Of a DNA stretch of 64,000 bases, positions 55,860 through 64,000 are shown one piece after another (the first letter of the stretch is position 1; the number at the start of each line of letters is the position of its first letter). The position numbers were made by a program, and so were the translations under genes. The stretch lies in assembly GCF_009914755.1 (NCBI RefSeq), contig NC_060938.1. One strand, given 5' to 3'. Origin of the DNA: the human T2T-CHM13v2.0 reference genome, Homo sapiens. The notes under the pieces were generated by a model, which had not been told where the DNA came from, searched no databases, and worked only from the letters and a program-made list of their open reading frames with translations.

Positions 55860-56080
55860 ATTAACAATCTTTTTGTTGACCTCAATTTGAAATTATTATT
55901 AATATATTTATTTTTTTGAAGCCATGATCTGCTTTGCTACTTGGAAATCACTTTCTGATCAGTATAACCAGTCAAGGTGAATCCATCACAAATATATCTC
56001 AATGACTAGATCCAATTTTTGGCAAATTCTCACTAGCTGCAACTTTTCCACTTATGATATTTCTCATCATTTCATATGTA
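55860..56080 (-). mobile_element. Possible ancient RTE-clade LINE (MamRTE/L4) endonuclease relic
   Basis: Minus-strand peptides MRNIISG..., EFAK, VILIRK*F...ADHGF, NNFKLRSTK occur in RTE endonuclease motif order; heavily degenerate. Confidence 0.3.
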
Positions 56081-58584
56081 CAATTGAGTCCAGTTGATGG
56101 CTTTTCTGAGGTCAGTGGCGCCTTAGTGGTCTGGGCCTCTCTTACCTTTAAGTTACCATTGCAAGCTGTCCTATATTGTATGGCTGTTTTTATCCAGATC
56201 ACCCCTTCCATGTCTTTCCTCTTTGTTTACGCTTAGTCTGATAAGCACTGTTAGAATAATATTATGCAATGATGTTTCAACCTGCTTCACTATGAATTAA
56301 ATCTTGTAAGTCTTCAATTCTCTTTGATTGATGTTCAGCAATTCCTTTAATTGTGACAATGTGTGTTAAAACACCTAACATAGATCCCTGTGCTTAAGAT
56401 TCCAATAGTCTCCTCTCTAATCACTTCCCCTGATTTCTGTACCACCTGCTGCGTTTTGTTACATCTTTTGTGCAATTCAAGCTTTCCTTATCATAGTAGT
56501 ACTTTCAAATATTTTCTCTGCATGAATCTTTATTCCTCATTAATATTCCACCACCTTGGTTATCAATCATTCATTTCTAGAATGATTTTTTCAGAACCTC
56601 TTTGTGTTAAACAGGATAAAAGTCACAATCTTCTATCCTCTTTGGATGAAATAAATAGACTTATCTGTGTAGCCTTCTCTGTACATCAGTATTAGGCAAA
56701 GTCTAAAAATAGTATTAGAAATAATTAGAGATTCAATTCTTCTACTATTTATGTTTTAATTAAAAAAGAAATGCATATTTTTCTAAAATTCCATTATGTA
56801 TAGTGAAGTGTATAAAATAAAAGACTAAAAGTGTCCATCCTCCAATTCTAAATTCAGTCTCTAAAGGCAAATGTTGTGAATTGACAACTTGTAGTAGTGT
56901 TGCCATTCATTCTTAGGCCTGTAACACATACATAGAGTCACAGGATAAACAGTGTGTTGCTATTTGCTTTATTCTACTCAACAATCTAGTTCTGTTATCT
57001 TTCTATGTAAGTCTATTCAGAGCAAATTATTTCATTTTGTTAACTAGACAGTATATATTGGCTAATCTATAAATTGGGATAAAAAAATAAGACAAATACT
57101 TAGGATCAAAGCTATTATTGACCTCCTATTCTACCTTCTTCAGAAGTAATGTAAGAGAAAATTAGTTTCCTCTGTGTGTTTAGAAAAACAATCTGTTTTT
57201 CCAAAATTTTTGACAACAGGAGCTTTGGAAACAGAAAAAACATTCTCTCAGAGGAAGATTATATCACATATAACATAGAGCTTTCACTCTCAAAAAATAA
57301 AATAAAATAAACTTTTATAAATATTTGGTTGTTTGGAGTGAAATGACACAACTTGGCCTTTATGATGTGAATCTGCGGATAACAATGAGCTATAATGGGT
57401 CTCAATTGTACTTTCAAAGCCACTAATGTTTCAGTGGGTTTTTTGGCTCTCCAAATTGTGAATCTCCTGCACATCAAAGGTTGATAAAATCTGATGTGAT
57501 TCATGCTTGTTCTTGTTTAACATAAAAGAGTACAATATATCAGAATGCCTTTGATCTTGTATTGTTTTATTACTGGTTGTTTCAGAATTCCTAAAGCTCA
57601 CAAATCACATAATATAGAAGGCATAAAAAGGAAATGTTATACTTGAGAAATAAATCTAGGAAAAGTGAGATTACCAATTCTCAGTGGAAAATAACACATT
57701 GCATCCTCATAGGAGATTCCATTTGTGATCATCCATTATTTTCATTTTTCTTTTAATGATAAATTAGGAAATACAATGCCAACTGCATTTTTTGTTGTTA
57801 TTGTGTGACCTTTTGATATCTTTCTAGAATGTCCAGGTTTTCTTTATCAAAGTTGAAGGTTGTGAGAGGGAGGAATTTTATTTCCTATAAGTGATGTACT
57901 AAGTTATATTTGGATTATACTTATTGCAATAAATAAATAATATCTTAATGGGTCAACATCATTGGCTGAGAAAAAGTGACCTACTTTGGCATATTGACCA
58001 TTGTTATGAGAAAGTCTTTTATCAGTTTTGATTGTATCTTTATTATAATTGAGATCATGCTCTTAATAATGACTAGAATGGAAAAATAGTACAGAAATAT
58101 GCTATGCCCAGCTAGTGCTTATGAAATTGTTATAGACAGCAGGATTATATTATCTGCTGGATCTTTCCAGAGTTATCAATTTGCCATTGCTTATATCAAC
58201 TTAAATCTTAACATTGACAGATTCTGGAAAGCATTTGCCATAGAGCTGCAATAGCAATTTTAGGGTAGAGAAAATTAGATAATCATGATAACAATGCTAC
58301 CAATACATTTGCTTTTCTAAGATTTGGCATACGCAGAACTTTGCAAGTAATGTTCACATTGTTGTTGATAGCTGAAATATATATAGTGTACACACACAAT
58401 GTTATGAATATGCATTTATTAAAATTATGAATGCTTATAAAGAAAAATAACAGATTTTCTGACTTACAGAATGATCCTTCTGAGATCATTACTACAGTTC
58501 ACACCTAATGGATATCCTTTGGTCATTTTTCTCCTTATAGTAATGATCAACAATACCAATATTATAATAATAATCTTTGTAAAA

Positions 58585-58790
58585 AGTATTGTGTTGAGTG
58601 TTTTATATATACCCTATTATTTTAATTATTATTCTACTCAAGTAAGTACATTTTGTGTGTTTATTTTAAAGAATAAAAAACAAAAGGCTAGGCTAGATAA
58701 GTTCACATAGCATACCTGAAGTTATAGAGCTACTAAGTGGAAGAACAAGAATTTAAATTAATAACTGACTTTAACACACTCTCTTAAGCA
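58585..58790 (-). mobile_element. MIR fragment
   Basis: acctgaagttatagagctactaagtggaagaacaagaatttaaa. Confidence 0.55.
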
Positions 58791-59919
58791 GAAAACTAAA
58801 CTAACTTGCTGTTCTGTAAGTTTTGATATAGATGATAAGAACAGGAGGCATGAAAACCTTTCTGGGAGAAACAAAATTCCCCATAAACTCACACATTTTC
58901 TTTTAAATATCACCTATTGATGACCTCTGCAATAGCCTGGTACTTGTGTTTATAACTTTTTCCCTTTGAAAGATTGCTCAGTGCTTCACCATCTGTGTGA
59001 CTGCTCCACATTCCGCATTTTAACACTAAGTGATATGTACATTTTAAGGCCAAACCAAGAATATTTATCATGAAAGGCTTAGCAGAATTTCAAACTAACA
59101 CAGAATGCAGAGACTTACTTTTAAAATCAGTAATAATTTAAAACTATACTTATTTTACTATATTAGACTAATTTAACATACTTCCAATTTTCTCTACTGA
59201 GTTTAAATGTAATAGACAGTACTTTCAGATTCTCACAATTACCCGATATCCTGAAGATAATATTCCTGAGTTTTATTAGGACTACTCACTTTCCCCAATA
59301 ATCCTACTTTCAGTAATCTTCTCTGAATATTACTTTCAAAGAGGGCTTTTTTTTTCTTAAAAAATCTTGAATACCTATGTGCAAGTGTGCCATTTTTACA
59401 ATGTATGAAGTTATTTCAAAAATACTTTTATTTTCAAGTAGAATGTTTTTAAGCTCACTTAGATTTTTTTAAGCAAGAGAGTAAAAACAATAAAATAAGA
59501 ATGACATACCTCACCAGTAGGAAATTATCATCTTTGATAATTTATTTAATGTCTTTTCTCTTATTCATATTTAAAATTTATAGATTGAGAGGTAGCAATG
59601 AAGACCACTTTGTATATTATTGTATATTAAAATATATAACCTTTAAAATATTACTTTTATATACTAAAATATATTTTGTATCTAAGTAGTATGCTATTTG
59701 AAGATAATTTTTAAAGCTATAACTTTTTTATTTTTATAAGTGTCATAAAGCATGTAACTAACTTTCTTGGATATATAGAATATTTTGTTTCAGAAAATAA
59801 AATACAATAAGTAAAGTTAGCGTCACATATTTAAAAATACATCTTTCATCACATATATGATCATTTTCTTTTGAAACTAATAATAATATCAGTAACAACA
59901 TTAATATTAGTTACACAGC

Positions 59920-60135
59920 AGATAACACTTACCAAGTGTTCATTTTGTCACCATGGTAAATATTTTCCTCGTATTATCTCTCTTGATCCCCACAACAGCC
60001 ATCATAAGAGGGAATAATATGTTCCTCATTTTATAGATAAAGATGTTGAGGTACAAATAAAGATTCCACAGCCAGAAATTGGTGGGGCTAGGATTGGACC
60101 CTGTTTAACTGATTACCAAACCTATGGTCCATACT
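59920..60135 (-). mobile_element. MIR fragment
   Basis: attatctctcttgatccccacaacagcc...cctcattttatagataaagatgttgagg. Confidence 0.7.
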
Positions 60136-60713
60136 ATCACAGTATATTTGTACACTGGAATTTGCTGCCTTAATATATACATATTTTTTAGTTCTAGATA
60201 CATGTTACTATTGCTGAAATATTAGCCATCTGTAGTATATGTGTGCAACACCTGTGTGATATTTTACAGTATGTTTAGTTGCATAATTTTTGTCACACAG
60301 AATGCTTTCATTTGTATCTAGCCAACTCCTCTATATGTTTCTTTGTTATTTCTTTGTTTACATTTTGCAAGGTAAGGTGTACATTGGTTCTTTGTTACAT
60401 ATTTTATACTTAGTCATGGAGTTTCCTGACAAAATTTTATTTTCAATGATAATTGTCTGGAGCTTTATAAATAGCTTTATTTTTACTATTTGCTGAGATC
60501 ACTTAGCTCAGTGCCACTACTAATATTAGTGACCCTGCTTTCTTTGTCCATGAGGTTTTAATATTCCAATTCCTAGACCACTGTTAAGTAAAGGGCAGAC
60601 CCAGATTTTAAGAACATCTGGTAGTCCTCCACCCTGGATTAGTAGCTCCATTTCAGCTGCTATCCAGGGAAGATTATCACAGCCTTTCAGATCTCCATTA
60701 TTAAGCAAGGGCC

Positions 60714-60890
60714 CAGGATATGGTGCATAATATATGGGCCCCCGTGCAAAGGGAAAGTGTGGAGCCTCTTGTTCAAAAATTATCAAGAATTTCAAGATGG
60801 CAACAGGAGAGCATTAACCTAAGCACAAGCCCTTCTAAGCCCAAGGCCCTGTGTCACTGCAAAGGCCACATATCCATGAAGACTGCACTG
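60714..60890 (-). mobile_element. MER45A (hAT-Tip100)
   Basis: gggccccgtgcaaagggaaagtgtggagcctcttgttcaaaaattatcaagaatttcaagatggc...agagcattaacctaagc. Confidence 0.85.
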
Positions 60891-61036
60891 CATATCTTTT
60901 CATGTATGAAGACTTCCATCTCTATGAATTTAAAGCCACTGCATTGTCTGTTTATGTTTGTGGTATTCCAGGACCACAGTGATCTAGTGCCATCACCAAT
61001 CCCTGCAGTGATTTCTTTTACATCTTAGCCTATTAA

Positions 61037-61042
<6 letters not shown>

Positions 61043-61088
<46 letters not shown>
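61043..61088. repeat. (TA)n microsatellite
   Basis: Direct reading. Confidence 0.95.
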
Positions 61089-61093
<5 letters not shown>

Positions 61094-61120
61094 CCATTAT
61101 ACACTAAATTAACCATTATA

Positions 61121-61450
61121 TAAAACCAACACCATGATTAGTGGTGAAACACTACAGACAATCTAGCTTAATAATAGCATTATAGAAACTCAGATAACGT
61201 AACAGAAAGACGCATACATACATAGACAGGAAGCACATACACATGCATATACTAGGTTTTATATGCAAATTTATAGGTCCCATCTCTGTGAGTTGTGATG
61301 CAATCTAGTTATAATAGTTAATAAGCTAATAGCTATTATAGTTAATAATAGTAACATTAATAATAACATAGTTAAGAGAGTTAATAATAACAGCAGTATT
61401 AAGCTAGATTGTCTGTAGTGTTTCACCACTAATGGTGGTGTTGGATTTTA
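61121..61450. repeat. Inverted repeat, arms about 53 bp with 37-bp perfect core, 223-bp spacer
   Basis: 61137-61173 is the exact reverse complement of 61397-61433. Confidence 0.95.
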
Positions 61451-61558
61451 ATTTAACATGATTTTCACATGTTCAATTCTATTTTTTAAGCCTTTTTCCA
61501 AAAATGGGTGTTAGATTATAAGGCCTTTATGTTGAACATCTATTCAGAAATCATATGA

Positions 61559-61969
<411 letters not shown>

Positions 61970-63034
61970 TAGGGGAGAAAGGTTACAAAAGCCAATTGTC
62001 CTTTTTCTTTCTCCCCTTTCTAGAAAACAGAGCAAATCTAGAACTCTAAGGTATAGTCATTTCCATCTTCATACTTCCACCCACCAGCCCAATACCTTCT
62101 TCCTGTTTTAGGGGCTGAGTCAAAGAAAATACCTACTGAGGTGTGACTTTGACAGTAGAAATCAAGAAATAAAAGCAGAGTGGATCCTTAATGCTGAAGA
62201 AAGGCTGCTAGGAGATAGGAATAGAGGAATGGCCAGATATACCGTGGACAATGGAGGGAGGAAGTAATGAAGTCCAGTGGTTTTTATTCAGAGGTGGAAC
62301 CTGCTTTCCACACAATGGAAGATACAGAAGCATGGATGGAAGTGGCATGTGGAACATAAATTCACCAAGCACCCAAATTTTTAGGGTCCTGATGGAGTGT
62401 CCTGAACATAGGCTATGAGTGGCTGAATGGCAGGAAGGTATGGCTTAGCTGCCTGGAACATCCATCTTTAGAGGAAGCCTAAGGCTAGTGTACTTAAAAA
62501 CACATAGTGCAAGAGGAAAAATGGAGGCCACTAAGATGAAAGGATTGGAGCCATTCCTGATCTCAGAACATGTCATCACTAGGCTTTTTATGTGATACCT
62601 TGGGATTCGGGGGGCAGAGGGAGTGGGTGATGATGACTGAGTGGAGTGTGGAGTCAGCTTTAATTTGATTTAGAAAAATAAAGACATGAGATTATTCACG
62701 CTCCTGAATATTGCCAGGGCAAATTCACATCTGTTCTATGGGCATGTAAACTTCTTAGATTTTCAGTTAACAGGCTTTCGAATTCTACTCTCTTGTCTTT
62801 TATATGGAACTTCCGCATCACAACTCACAGGGATGGGACCTATAAATTTGTGTATAAAACCTAGCACATGCCTGTGTGTGTGCTTCATGTCTATGTGTGT
62901 ATGTGTCTTTCTGTTATCTTGTCTGAGTTTCTATGAGAATTATGCTAGCTTCATTCAAGTACCTAGGTTATTTATCAAGCCTTTAAAAGATCTGGAAGAA
63001 TGCTTACATTCTATGAACATTATTTATTCTATAG

Positions 63035-63580
63035 TGTATTAGTCAGGGTTGTCTAGAGAGACAGAACTAATAGGGTAGATGTATATATGAAAGGGAGCTT
63101 GTTAGGAGAATTGACTCACAGGATCACAAGGTAAAGTCCGACAATAGGCCGTCGGCAAGCTGAGGAGCCAGGAAGCCAGTCCGAGTCTCAAAACCTCAAA
63201 AATAGGGAAGCTGACAGTGCAGCCTTCAGTCTGTGGCCAACGGCCCTAGAGCCCCTAAATCACTGGTGTAAATCTAAGAGTCCGAAAGCTGAAGAATGTA
63301 GAGTCTGATATTTGAGGACGGGAAGCATCCAGCAAGAGAAAAAGATGGAGGCCAGCAGACTTAGTCAGTCTAGTCTTTCCACATTCTTCTGCCTGCTTTT
63401 ATTCTGACTGCGCTGGCAGTTGATTAGATGATGCTCACTCAGATTGAGGGGGCTTCTGCCTTTCCCAGTCCACTAACTAAAATGTTAATCTCCTTTGGTA
63501 ACACCCTCACAGACACACCCAGGAACAATACTTCCCATCCTTCAATCCAATCAAGTTGACATTCAATATTAGCCATGACA
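63035..63580 (-). mobile_element. MLT2A2 solo LTR (ERVL)
   Basis: tgtattagtcagggttgtctagagagacagaactaatagg...gttgacattcaatattagccatgaca; 5-bp TSD tatag/tgtag. Confidence 0.9.
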
Positions 63581-63809
63581 TGTAGGCATTTTCTAGAACC
63601 ATGCTACAAAGCTGTCTGGGCCCTATTTTTTTTTTTTTTTTTTTCCCTACTCAGATTATCTTTCTTTCTCTTCCTCTCTCATCCATGTTACCACGGTATT
63701 GTTCTAAAACGATTTGCTACTTATTTTTCTTTTAATAATTGTTTTTCTAGGAAAGTGTCTATTTTGGTGAAATTGTCAATTTATTTAAATTATAAGACTG
63801 CAATAGAGA

Positions 63810-64000
63810 AGCAGTTTGTCCTAGTGACTCTCTGTGTTTCAAATTTCAGCTCTGCCGTTTACCAGCTATTTGACACAGCAATTTTGCCTCAGTTTTCTAA
63901 TTTATACAAGTCTCTAATAATGGGAATACTCATAACACTTACTGCATGAGGGATTTTTTAGGATTCAATGAGTTAAGACATGGGAAGACTTCAAAACAAA
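63810..64000 (+). mobile_element. MIR fragment
   Basis: ttcaaatttcagctctgccgtttaccagct...gcctcagtttt...ggattcaatgagttaa. Confidence 0.7.

Noticed and set aside
63035-63580. MLT2A2 as the missing 5' LTR of the HERV-L at 35.4-37.4 kb
   Set aside because: Different subfamily, has its own TSD, and has no adjoining internal sequence

Overview
This is AT-rich, gene-poor primate (probably human) intergenic or intronic DNA. I found no credible intact protein-coding gene, RNA gene, CpG island or CRISPR array. The supplied ORFs are transposon remnants, Alu/microsatellite noise or chance ORFs. The window is a layered record of transposable elements: 9 Alus (J, S, Y), L1 fragments from L1M to L1PA2, L2/MIR, MaLR LTRs (THE1B, THE1D, MST, MLT1), MER52, MER4A1 and MER21 LTRs, a truncated HERV-L provirus (MLT2A1 3' LTR, dUTPase, integrase), a solo MLT2A2, a Tigger1 with both ends, MER58A and MER45A. 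I cannot support a new biological system here. The most interesting signals are mutational and regulatory. (1) A young L1PA2-like 3' end joined to HERV-L by microhomology, with no TSD and the rest of the provirus missing (candidate L1 insertion-mediated deletion); it also carries a short 3' transduction. (2) A 122-bp near-identical copy placed 1.5 kb from its source. (3) A 37-bp perfect inverted repeat. (4) A fold-back scar at the Tigger1 internal deletion. (5) A cluster of DUX4-type motifs in adjacent THE1B/MLT2A1 LTRs. (6) A POU/SOX/E-box-rich unique segment. Subfamily calls come from remembered consensus sequences, not a RepeatMasker run, and boundaries of old elements are approximate.
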